64,000 nucleotides of DNA from Minisyncoccales bacterium. GTDB taxonomy: Bacteria; Patescibacteriota; Minisyncoccia; Minisyncoccales; JAGMDC01. Where the stretch lies: NCBI GenBank assembly GCA_049642725.1, contig JBARPC010000004.1, positions 27,052 through 91,051 of the forward strand. Reading direction: 5' to 3'. How positions within the stretch are numbered: position 1 is the stretch's first letter; each line of letters begins with the position of its first letter. Under the pieces are notes generated by a model, which saw nothing but the letters and a program-made list of their open reading frames with translations, had not been told where the DNA came from and ran no database searches. This document shows, in pieces, positions 28,157-36,357 of this stretch. The position numbers were made by a program, and so were the translations under genes.

Positions 28157-28370
28157 ACTCCGACAGTTTAGTAGTGAAAAATATAATGTAGATGCCATAC
28201 ACTACTCAAATAACAGAAAACCAATTTATGATTTCAGTTCGGAGCATACCCGGATAGCGAAACATCTATACCAGAATAAAGGAGAATAAAGGTTCAAATA
28301 ACCTTTACCTTAAATGAGAAGCAAGAGCCAGGAGGTCTTGCACAAAGACAAGGGGCCTTACCCCTTTTCT
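28157..28370 (+). ncRNA. Candidate small RNA (about 210 nt) bounded by a promoter-like site and a hairpin/T-run terminator (AGGGGccttaCCCCTTTTCT)
   Basis: No ORF with SD. Terminator hairpin at 28351-28370. Identity unknown. Confidence 0.3.
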
Positions 28371-28403
28371 CCGGGTATACAGTAAATTTAAAATTGAATA
28401 AAA

Positions 28404-28476
28404 GAGTGCGTAGCTTAGTGGCAAAGCCGCCGAGTGAAATCGGAGGAGACCGCCGGTTCGAATCCGGCCGTACCCA
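28404..28476 (+). tRNA. tRNA-like element: canonical D-arm and T-arm (GGTTCGAATCC) but an A2-C71 mismatch and a non-canonical anticodon arm (4-bp stem with 6-nt loop GTGAAA); possible pseudo-tRNA or atypical tRNA
   Basis: Folded by hand: acceptor GAGTGCG/CGTACCC, U8, D-arm GCTT-AGTGGCA-AAGC, T-arm GCCGG-TTCGAAT-CCGGC. Confidence 0.45.
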
Positions 28477-28587
28477 TTTAGAGGAAAATCATTAAATCTC
28501 CCTCTTTTTTATTTGCTCAAATCATTGTAGAAGAATTTTTGAATAAAAAAAGCAGACATGATAATTTTGTCTGCTATATTCTATATA

Positions 28588-29412
28588 CTATTCGTACCCA
28601 TTTAAGACGTCTTTCTTTATAAGATTTCGGGATTCCTGGTTAGTTAACAACTCCATCGTTTCTAAGCGGGCTAGAACATAACCTATCCAACGGCCTGCTT
28701 TCCCCGAAGTATTATTCATCTTTTTGATTTCTTCTGACATCCATAGTAGATGAGAGGGTAAATCAGTGATTCCTTGCCTTGGTTTTGCTTTTGGAAAGTT
28801 CTTTTTTATGATGTTTGTAATTGCTTCTATAGTGTTAGGATAGTATTTTATTTCGTTCTTTTCTGCTGCTAATTTTGCTTGTAAAAATCGGTTGGACTGA
28901 TAAAAACTCTCTACTGTTCCAGAATCCCACCATCCTTTAATCTCTGGCTCTCTTATAAGGTTAGACCTGTGAAAAGGAACTTTTCCCGGAGACAGGATGA
29001 CACTCAAAGGATGCATTCCTTTTTCTTGTCTGATACGAATTAACTTTTTGCCCTGAAAACATAGTCCCATTCTAATCAGCACTCGGCGAATAGCAATATC
29101 CTGGATGTGTGTTCGCGGTGTTTCTTGTTTTAAGTAATCAAATCCTGACTCAATATTTGATGGTTCGTCATCATAGACATTTACTGCCTCGGTAGTAAGC
29201 TGTTCCAGAATGTCTGGATTGTCTTGCAAAAATTTATAGTAGGCATCCTCATATAAAGTACAAACGCCGAGAAAACCAACGAATGTCTCACCGACTTCCC
29301 ATACTAAACGCCAATTTTCTTTACCGTATTCTTCATTCCATTCTTTGTGTCTTCTCTCACGATACTTTCCTATATACCCAGGTCGTCCAATCTTCACCCA
29401 TTTTTCTTTCAT
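28588..29412 (-). CDS. Hypothetical protein (274 aa), GC-shifted and foreign-looking
   Basis: Long ORF with higher GC and different third-position usage than its neighbours. Adjacent to the tRNA-like element. No family recognised. Confidence 0.5.
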   Translation of the reverse strand: MKEKWVKIGRPGYIGKYRERRHKEWNEEYGKENWRLVWEVGETFVGFLGVCTLYEDAYYKFLQDNPDILEQLTTEAVNVYDDEPSNIESGFDYLKQETPRTHIQDIAIRRVLIRMGLCFQGKKLIRIRQEKGMHPLSVILSPGKVPFHRSNLIREPEIKGWWDSGTVESFYQSNRFLQAKLAAEKNEIKYYPNTIEAITNIIKKNFPKAKPRQGITDLPSHLLWMSEEIKKMNNTSGKAGRWIGYVLARLETMELLTNQESRNLIKKDVLNGYE

Positions 29413-29573
29413 TTTTTCCTATCACCTATTTGTTTTACATTCTCTTATTAAATTTGGAAGGTTACTAATAATATAACTTATCACAGGACAGAACTCTTTG
29501 TCAAATTTTTAGACATCAAAATGGGGTTTTTGACCCTCTTTTTTATTTGACTGAATCGTTGTAAAATAAGTTT

Positions 29574-30140
29574 ATGGACATATATATTTCAATAGCAAAA
29601 AAAGCAGTTGAAATTTATATCAATCAAGGAGAAATTATAAAACCGCCAAAGGATCTGCCTAAAGAATTTTTAAATGAAAAAGCTGGTGTTTTTGTTAATA
29701 TTGAAAACCAGGGCAAATTACGGGGATGTATCGGCACTTATTTACCAACAAAAGAAAATATTGCCCGGGAAATTATTCATAACGCTATTGCTGCGGCTAC
29801 TGAAGATTATCGCTTCTCCCCTATTCAGGAAGAAGAACTTCCCGAGCTTTCTTATACTGTATATGTTTTAGATAAACCAGAACAAATAAAGAGCATAGAT
29901 GAATTAGATCCGAAAAAATACGGCATCCTTGTAAAATCCCAGTCCTTCTCTCCTGGCTCTGATGTTATTTTTGAACCTGCGCCAAGAGCTAATTCTAAAT
30001 CAGGATTGCTTCTGCCTGATTTAGAAGGAATAAATACCGTTGAAAAGCAAATCTCTGTTGCCTGCCAAAAAGGAGGCATAAATCCAGATCTTGAAAAAAT
30101 AATTATTTATAGATTTACAGTAGAAAAATTTGAGCAATAG
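29574..30140 (+). CDS. AMMECR1-domain protein (AmrA-like)
   Basis: AGVFVNIENQGKLRGCIGTY and IHNAIAAATEDYRFSP AMMECR1 signature. Confidence 0.8.
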   Translation: MDIYISIAKKAVEIYINQGEIIKPPKDLPKEFLNEKAGVFVNIENQGKLRGCIGTYLPTKENIAREIIHNAIAAATEDYRFSPIQEEELPELSYTVYVLDKPEQIKSIDELDPKKYGILVKSQSFSPGSDVIFEPAPRANSKSGLLLPDLEGINTVEKQISVACQKGGINPDLEKIIIYRFTVEKFEQ

Positions 30141-30145
30141 CGAAA

Positions 30146-30182
30146 ACCCCCTCCTTTTGCGCAAGCGCGAAAAGAAGGGGGT
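30146..30182 (+). terminator. GC-rich hairpin (CCCCCTCCTTTTGCGC ... GCGCGAAAAGAAGGGGG) downstream of the AMMECR1 gene
   Basis: Near-perfect inverted repeat read in the sequence. No strong T-run, so terminator function is uncertain. Confidence 0.4.
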
Positions 30183-30226
30183 GCACGACTTTGTTGCTCT
30201 TCGCTTCGCTCAGAGACAAAATCGGC

Positions 30227-30895
30227 ATGGCTAATGAGAAAATCGCTAAAATATTATATGAGATAGAAGAATTGTTGAAAATAAAAGGGGTATCTTTTAA
30301 ACCGCAGGCTTACCATAAAGCTGCTTTGGCTTTGGAAAATTTAGAGGAAGATATCTTTGATATTTATAAGAAAAGAGGCGTCAAGGGTTTGAAGGAAATT
30401 TCCGGGATAGGCAAAAGTATTGCCGATAAAATTGAAGAATATCTGAAAAAAGGCAGGATTAAATATTATGAGAAATTAAAAGAAGAAACCGCTGTCCGTC
30501 AGATTATTACCCATTACTTTCAAACCAAAGGACTTAGCTTGCGCGAGCTCAAACAAAATGCTAAGAAAAGAAAGATTATTTATTCCCGGTTTACCAGGCC
30601 GGCAAAACAGCTTTTGGACTTAGCCGGTTCAATGGAAAAAGCAAAAAAAGCTATTACAACGGTTGCTGAATGGGCAAAATCCAGAAATCTGGATTATGCT
30701 ATTGAAACAGTGTTTAAAAAATGGCTGGAATTAGACCGGTTAAAGCCAAAAGAGATTGTTAAAAAGCCATTTTATAGAGGCGACCCAATGGTCTGGTCAA
30801 AATCAAAAAGAAAATGGTATGTTATTGACAAAGACGGCCAATGGCTGGAATTTGCCGACAAGGAATTAAAAATTGAGTGGAAAATCGTAAAATAA
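30227..30895 (+). CDS. PolX (DNA polymerase beta-like) N-terminal HhH/8-kDa-domain protein lacking a polymerase core
   Basis: IAKILYEIEELLKIKGVSFKPQAYHKAALALENL...ISGIGKSIADKIEEYLKKGRI matches the PolX N-terminal lyase/HhH domain. No palm or thumb domain. Start chosen at MANEK. Confidence 0.6.
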   Translation: MANEKIAKILYEIEELLKIKGVSFKPQAYHKAALALENLEEDIFDIYKKRGVKGLKEISGIGKSIADKIEEYLKKGRIKYYEKLKEETAVRQIITHYFQTKGLSLRELKQNAKKRKIIYSRFTRPAKQLLDLAGSMEKAKKAITTVAEWAKSRNLDYAIETVFKKWLELDRLKPKEIVKKPFYRGDPMVWSKSKRKWYVIDKDGQWLEFADKELKIEWKIVK

Positions 30896-30902
30896 TCTAT
30901 CT

Positions 30903-31463
30903 ATGCTTTCTTTTAATGAATTAGAAAAAGGAATAACAATTATTATAGACAAGCAGCCGTATGAAATTTTAGAGGCCTCCCGCCTATTCAAAGGAAGAGG
31001 TCATTCTGTTTTACAGGTAAAAATAAAAAATCTTATCACTGGAGCTACTATTCCTAAAACATTTCATCCCTCAGATAGTTTTGAAGAAGCAGAGATTAAA
31101 AAATTTAAAGCAAAATTTTTGTATTTTCATCGTAGCCAATTTTTCTTTTGTGAGGAAAAAAATCCCTCCAAGAGATTTAGCTTGGAAGAAAAACAGATTG
31201 CCCAGCAATCTAAATTTCTTAAAGCAAACCAAATTGTACAAGGCATTATTTTTGATAATAAAGTTATTAATATTTTTCTTCCCATAAAAATAAATTTAAA
31301 AGTTATTGAGGCGCCACCCGGAGTCCAGGGCAACCGTTCCCAACCAGGAACAAAAACAGTTGTTCTGGAAACAAAAGCAAAAATAGCCTGTCCTTTATTT
31401 ATAAAACAAGGAGATACAATTGAAATCAATACAGAAACAAGCGAATACGTCCGCAGAATTTAA
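30903..31463 (+). CDS. efp: Elongation factor P
   Basis: N-terminal KOW-like domain ...KGRGHSVLQVKIKNLITGA... matches the EF-P pattern (KPGKG loop equivalent). 186 aa. Confidence 0.9.
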   Translation: MLSFNELEKGITIIIDKQPYEILEASRLFKGRGHSVLQVKIKNLITGATIPKTFHPSDSFEEAEIKKFKAKFLYFHRSQFFFCEEKNPSKRFSLEEKQIAQQSKFLKANQIVQGIIFDNKVINIFLPIKINLKVIEAPPGVQGNRSQPGTKTVVLETKAKIACPLFIKQGDTIEINTETSEYVRRI

Positions 31464-31628
31464 TTGACTTTTTTATTATAATAGCTTATAATTTAAATTA
31501 AATGTAAGTTATCTCAATAGATTTTCTCTTTCCTTATACGAATTTTTTAGGAAGAAAAATTAAAATGAGAAAAGGTCGTCTTGCATAAATAAATTCATAT
31601 AAGGAAATTAAAAAAAATAAGAAAATAT

Positions 31629-31961
31629 ATGAACAAAAAATTGTATATTGGCGGTTTATCCTACGATACTACTGAAGATGGATTAAAAGATGCTTTTTCT
31701 AAAGCCGGCACTGTTGAATCAGCGACTATTATCATTGATAAGGTCTCTGGCCGTTCAAAAGGATTTGGCTTTGTGGAAATGGCTTCTGAAGAAGAAGCTC
31801 AAAAAGCAATGGAAATGTGGAATGAGAAAGAACTTGATGGTCGCACTCTCACTGTGAATGAAGCTCGCCCTTTGGAGGCTCGTCCTCAAGGGAGAGATTT
31901 CAATCGCGGCGGCGGAGGTGGCCGGGATTCTAGGAGGAATGACCGTAATAACCGTTGGTAA
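31629..31961 (+). CDS. RRM-domain RNA-binding protein with a Gly/Arg-rich tail
   Basis: RNP2 LYIGGL and RNP1 KGFGFVEM motifs. C-terminal RGGGGGRD. Confidence 0.8.
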   Translation: MNKKLYIGGLSYDTTEDGLKDAFSKAGTVESATIIIDKVSGRSKGFGFVEMASEEEAQKAMEMWNEKELDGRTLTVNEARPLEARPQGRDFNRGGGGGRDSRRNDRNNRW

Positions 31962-31987
31962 AAAATAACTGTTATTCTAAACTAAAA

Positions 31988-32028
31988 AAAAACAGCTGCT
32001 TGATTCCAAGCAGCTGTTTTTTTTAGTT
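31988..32028. terminator. Bidirectional rho-independent terminator (ACAGCTGCTTG-attcc-AAGCAGCTGT) flanked by A- and T-runs
   Basis: Perfect 11-bp stem. Lies between the convergent RRM gene and xseB. Confidence 0.75.
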
Positions 32029-32247
32029 GTCTTCTTTAATATCTACTTCTTTTTTTATTTCTTCAAATTCGTTTTCAATCTCTTTAAGCCGCTCTTTGCT
32101 TGCCTTAATAAGGGCTACCGCCTCTTTTACTTTTTTCAACCCTTCTTCAACGTCAATCTCCTTCTGGTCATTAAACCAATCAGTAATTTCAGACAAACGT
32201 TTTAGATGATTATTTAAATTTTTGGTATCTGATTTTTTTTCTGGCAT
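32023..32247 (-). CDS. xseB: Exodeoxyribonuclease VII small subunit
   Basis: Small coiled-coil protein LKRLSEITDWFNDQKEIDVEEGLKKVKEA, directly downstream of xseA. Confidence 0.8.
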   Translation of the reverse strand: MPEKKSDTKNLNNHLKRLSEITDWFNDQKEIDVEEGLKKVKEAVALIKASKERLKEIENEFEEIKKEVDIKEDN

Positions 32248-33386
32248 ATTTTTTTATTCACTTTAACAGAGTGAATATTTTTAACTTCTGAAATAATTTT
32301 CCCGTCTGCAACCCTTAAATCTATGTTTTCTCCTATTTTAGTGTCATCAATTCGTCTAATTATCTTTCCATAGTGGCTAGCGATGCTGTAACCAAGACGA
32401 AGCTGTCGCTCCGGATTATTAAGCTCAACGAGCTTAACAGAATGCTCAAGTTGCTGGCTGATTACTGACAATAACGACTTAAATCCAAATACAGATTTTT
32501 CCCACGAGTTCTTTAGGTTAATTTTAACATTTTCCAACACATTTCCATAACCGCCGACAATAGCCATCTCATATCTTTCCAGAAACAGAATAGCCTGTTT
32601 CCACGATTCATTAAGAAGCCCTGCGACAGCAGTAGGGGTAGAAACCGAAACATCGGCCGCTAAAGCGACAAGCGGTTCATTTTTATGGTGTCCTATTCCT
32701 GCGATTACTGGAACCGGAAAGTTAGCCGCCTCTCTAACTAACAATTCATTATTAAATGCCATCATTGATTCTAATGATCCTCCGCCGCGAATTATGACAA
32801 GAACATCAATATCCTGTTTTTTGAATGTTTTTATTGACAACAAAAGATCCGCTACTGCCGCTTGACCCTCAACGCGAGAATCAATCATTTTAACTTTAAA
32901 ACCAAATTTCCCTAAATTATTTAAAAAATCTGCAAGAACCGCACCTTGCTTTGAGGTAATTATCCCGACCTTCTGTGGATATTTTGGAATTGGTTGTTTT
33001 TTATCTTCAGCAAAAACACCTTGTTCGGTTAGTTTTTTCTTTAATCTCTCATACTCTTTTCTTAATTCACCCTCTCCGGCATATTCAATTGTTTCTGCTA
33101 TAAAAGAAAATCCATACAATGGATGCATGCTCGGACTTCCGAAAGCAATAATTTTATCCCCCATCTTTAATTCAATGCCATAAATACTATATTTAGATTT
33201 CCAAATTATACATTTTATCATACTTCCGTCTTTTTCGTCTTTTAAAGAAAAATAGACATGGCCAGTAGGTCCAAAACTAATCTCGCTTACTTCTCCTATA
33301 ATTTTTGCTCTATATTTTTTTAATTCTGTATTGAGAATATTAATATATTCAGAAACAGAAAAAATTTTATCTTTGTTATTCTCCAT
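32214..33386 (-). CDS. xseA: Exodeoxyribonuclease VII large subunit
   Basis: N-terminal OB-fold. Catalytic region with IRGGGS and GIGHH motifs. Confidence 0.85.
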   Translation of the reverse strand: MENNKDKIFSVSEYINILNTELKKYRAKIIGEVSEISFGPTGHVYFSLKDEKDGSMIKCIIWKSKYSIYGIELKMGDKIIAFGSPSMHPLYGFSFIAETIEYAGEGELRKEYERLKKKLTEQGVFAEDKKQPIPKYPQKVGIITSKQGAVLADFLNNLGKFGFKVKMIDSRVEGQAAVADLLLSIKTFKKQDIDVLVIIRGGGSLESMMAFNNELLVREAANFPVPVIAGIGHHKNEPLVALAADVSVSTPTAVAGLLNESWKQAILFLERYEMAIVGGYGNVLENVKINLKNSWEKSVFGFKSLLSVISQQLEHSVKLVELNNPERQLRLGYSIASHYGKIIRRIDDTKIGENIDLRVADGKIISEVKNIHSVKVNKKICQKKNQIPKI

Positions 33387-33430
33387 ACCTTTTTAAAAAT
33401 AACATATTTTTTTCAAATTTGTCAAACTAA

Positions 33431-36343
33431 TTATCTCTGCGCGAAGTCGCAGATGTCTTTGAAGTCGCAGAATGTGCATTGCCAGCCAGGCGTTGGGTTG
33501 AAATCGCTCTTTTTTATTTCCTCAATTTCTTGGATTATTTTTTCTTTTATCCTGTTTTTTTCTTTTTCAGAACCCAGGAAAGACGCTTTTTTGTTGTCGT
33601 TTAGATAATGATAAACCAGTTCACTTGGATTTATTTTGAAAATTTCTTCAGCCGCTATTTGATAAATCAACAATTGCTCTTTATTATCCAAAGCTAATTT
33701 TTCTTTTGAATTTCCTGTTTTGTAATCAATAATCACTGCTCCCCCTTGTTTTTCATCAATCCTGTCTATTCTGCCTCGCAAAGTATTGTCCCTTATTTTC
33801 AAATTAAACGGTATTTCCAAAGCCAAAACATTGTTGATTTTTAAAATCTTTGGCGGATTTTTTGAAAATTCGCTGTAAAAATCTTTAACTATTTTTTTGC
33901 CGAGCTTGTAATATTCCTCTTTCTGTTTTTTATTTTCATACCATTCGTCAATCCAGTTTTTCTCATATATCTCAATAATAGAATCTAATCCCAAAACATT
34001 TTCTTTTTCCTTAAATCCTAATAAACTGCTTTGCTTGCTTTTATTGTTTTCATTTACCTGCTTTAAAAAGGCATATAAAGTGTTGTGCATTGTTTTTCCA
34101 AATGAAAACATTGATTTGCCCCTTATCGGAATTTTTAAGATAAAAGCGAACTTATACTGCAGAGGGCATTTACTAAAAGCCGCCAATTGCGAAAAAGAAA
34201 AATGTTCTGGCAGATAACCAGAATTTATTTTTTCTCTGTCTGCAGAAGGCACAGATTTTTTTTCTAATAATCCATTAACGAATTTTTCCTCTTTTTCTTC
34301 TTTCTGATAGCCCATTTCTGTTAAAAAACGCGACAATTTCTTTTTTCTCGTCCCGCCGTAATCTTCGGCTGAAGTAAAATAAAGCCCTTTTTTAGCCCTG
34401 GTCATTGCCACATAACAGATACGCCTTTCTTCCTGCAGATGGATATCGCCAGATGGTTTTAAATCTTTAATTAAATCTTCGGGAAGTTCAATCAAATCTT
34501 TCCTTTCAATAGTCGGAAACCTTTTATCTACCATATTGACTAAAAAGACATATTTGAATTCTAAGCCCTTAGCTCCGTGGATAGTCATTACTTTTATCAT
34601 GTCAGGGCCCTGTTCCGGATCAAATTCAAGCCTTCCATCTTCACCTGATTCTATTTCCAGATTTATTTCCAGCATAAAATTATTTAAAGTCGGCTCTATT
34701 ATTGTTTCTTCAAAATTTTTTACTTTTTTATAAAATTGATTAAGCAAATCAATCTGTTCTTTGTTTTCTTTATTTACTAAATATTTCAGATAACCTGAAT
34801 CTTCAAGAAAAGCCACCAGTATTTCTGAAACCGTTTTTTCCTGCGCAAGGACACTGTGTTTTTTAATTAAACTCAAAACAAAAGCGATTTTTTCCTGTGT
34901 CTTTTGGGAAATCCCTGGAATCAAAGGAAGTTCTTCCATTGCTTCATAAAGCGATTTTGTTTTTTTATGGCTGTATTGCGTAAGCTTTATTATGTCTTGC
35001 GGCGGAATTTCCAAAAACGGCATATTTAAAATCCTGTAAACCGCTGTGCTTTCGTGGTAATTATCCAAAAGCTTGAAATACGAAACAATGTCCAAAACTA
35101 CGGGCTTGGAATAAAGGCCCTTTGAGGCTAAAAATTGATAAGGCAAGCCAGCGCGCTCCAGCGCCTTGGTAAAAAGATTTGCCGCATCATTTGCTCTTAC
35201 CAAAACCGCAAAATCGTTATAAGAAGCATCCTTGTCCTTTTTAAGAATCTCTAAAATTTTCTTTACTGTTTTTCCGACTTCTTCGTCTAAGCTCTTGGCA
35301 AAAATGTGTTCAATCGTCCCGTTTGCTTTTTCCTGGGCAAGCAGTTTTTTATTAATTTTATTTACGTATTCAAGCCGGTCTGGATCGTTGGCTTTTATAA
35401 ATCTGTAAGCCAAATCCAAAATATTTTGAGTAGATCTATAATTTTTAACCAAAGAAATTTCTTTAGCTTTGGAAAAGTCCTTTTTAAATTGTATGATATT
35501 TGAAAAAGAAGCTCCCCTCCACTTATAAATTGATTGATCATCGTCAGCGCAGACCGTCAGATTATTCTTTGGCTCTGCTAAAATTTTTATAAGTTCATAT
35601 TGCGCCCAGTTTGTATCCTGAAACTCATCAACTAAAATGTATTTGAATTTTTCCCTATATTTTTTTAAAATAACCGGCCTTTTTTGAAAAAGCTTTAAAC
35701 AATAATTAATCAAATCGCCAAAATCCAATGAGCTGTTTTTCAAAAGCAAACGTTGATAAACATGATATGCGTTTGCGACTTCTTTTATTCTCTCTGATTC
35801 ATTGTCTTCAGGCAAATCAGTAAGATTAGTTTTCAGCTCCTCGGCGTATTTTAAATAATCTTCTGGATAAATTGCCTGGTCTTTGCAATGAGAAAAATGA
35901 GACATCAGGGCCCGGATAAATTTTGTCGGGTTACCCAAAGGCTTGTAATAATCAAGCTCAAACCTGTCTAAATTCCGATAAACCAAAAGCCAGCCGGCTG
36001 TATTGTCTAAAATTTTGAAATCAGCAGGCAAGCCGATATCCAAGGCATTGTCCCTTAAAATTCTTTCGCAGAAAGAATGAAAAGTGGAAATCCATAAATC
36101 AACATAACCGTAAGGCAAAAGCTTATCAACCCTTTCTTCCATTTCTTCGGCTGCTTTCTCAGTAAAAGTAACAGCCAGAATTTCCTCTACCTTAGCTTCC
36201 CCTTTTTCTATCAAATAAACAATTCTCCGGGTAATAACCGTTGTTTTTCCTGTTCCAGCGCCAGCAACAATCAAAAGCGGACCATTGCCATGAATCACAG
36301 CTTTTCTCTGCTCCTCATTTAGTTTTTTTAAATCCAATGCCAT
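33431..36343 (-). CDS. UvrD/PcrA-family SF1 helicase fused to a C-terminal PD-(D/E)xK Cas4/RecB-like nuclease with a 4-Cys cluster
   Basis: AGAGTGKTT Walker A and UvrD motifs. C-terminal IIDYKTG and CTFCDFKDICDF (Fe-S/Cas4-like). Confidence 0.8.
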   Translation of the reverse strand: MALDLKKLNEEQRKAVIHGNGPLLIVAGAGTGKTTVITRRIVYLIEKGEAKVEEILAVTFTEKAAEEMEERVDKLLPYGYVDLWISTFHSFCERILRDNALDIGLPADFKILDNTAGWLLVYRNLDRFELDYYKPLGNPTKFIRALMSHFSHCKDQAIYPEDYLKYAEELKTNLTDLPEDNESERIKEVANAYHVYQRLLLKNSSLDFGDLINYCLKLFQKRPVILKKYREKFKYILVDEFQDTNWAQYELIKILAEPKNNLTVCADDDQSIYKWRGASFSNIIQFKKDFSKAKEISLVKNYRSTQNILDLAYRFIKANDPDRLEYVNKINKKLLAQEKANGTIEHIFAKSLDEEVGKTVKKILEILKKDKDASYNDFAVLVRANDAANLFTKALERAGLPYQFLASKGLYSKPVVLDIVSYFKLLDNYHESTAVYRILNMPFLEIPPQDIIKLTQYSHKKTKSLYEAMEELPLIPGISQKTQEKIAFVLSLIKKHSVLAQEKTVSEILVAFLEDSGYLKYLVNKENKEQIDLLNQFYKKVKNFEETIIEPTLNNFMLEINLEIESGEDGRLEFDPEQGPDMIKVMTIHGAKGLEFKYVFLVNMVDKRFPTIERKDLIELPEDLIKDLKPSGDIHLQEERRICYVAMTRAKKGLYFTSAEDYGGTRKKKLSRFLTEMGYQKEEKEEKFVNGLLEKKSVPSADREKINSGYLPEHFSFSQLAAFSKCPLQYKFAFILKIPIRGKSMFSFGKTMHNTLYAFLKQVNENNKSKQSSLLGFKEKENVLGLDSIIEIYEKNWIDEWYENKKQKEEYYKLGKKIVKDFYSEFSKNPPKILKINNVLALEIPFNLKIRDNTLRGRIDRIDEKQGGAVIIDYKTGNSKEKLALDNKEQLLIYQIAAEEIFKINPSELVYHYLNDNKKASFLGSEKEKNRIKEKIIQEIEEIKKSDFNPTPGWQCTFCDFKDICDFAQR

Positions 36344-36357
36344 TGTTTTATTTCCAA

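Noticed and set aside
28157-28370. Possibility that the 210-nt candidate RNA is SRP RNA, 6S RNA or tmRNA
   Set aside because: No GGAA tetraloop or domain-IV-like motif for SRP was found. There is no tag-peptide reading frame ending in ..AA-stop for tmRNA. The adjacent tRNA-like piece contains a D-arm, unlike a tmRNA 3' end. It is left as an unclassified candidate.
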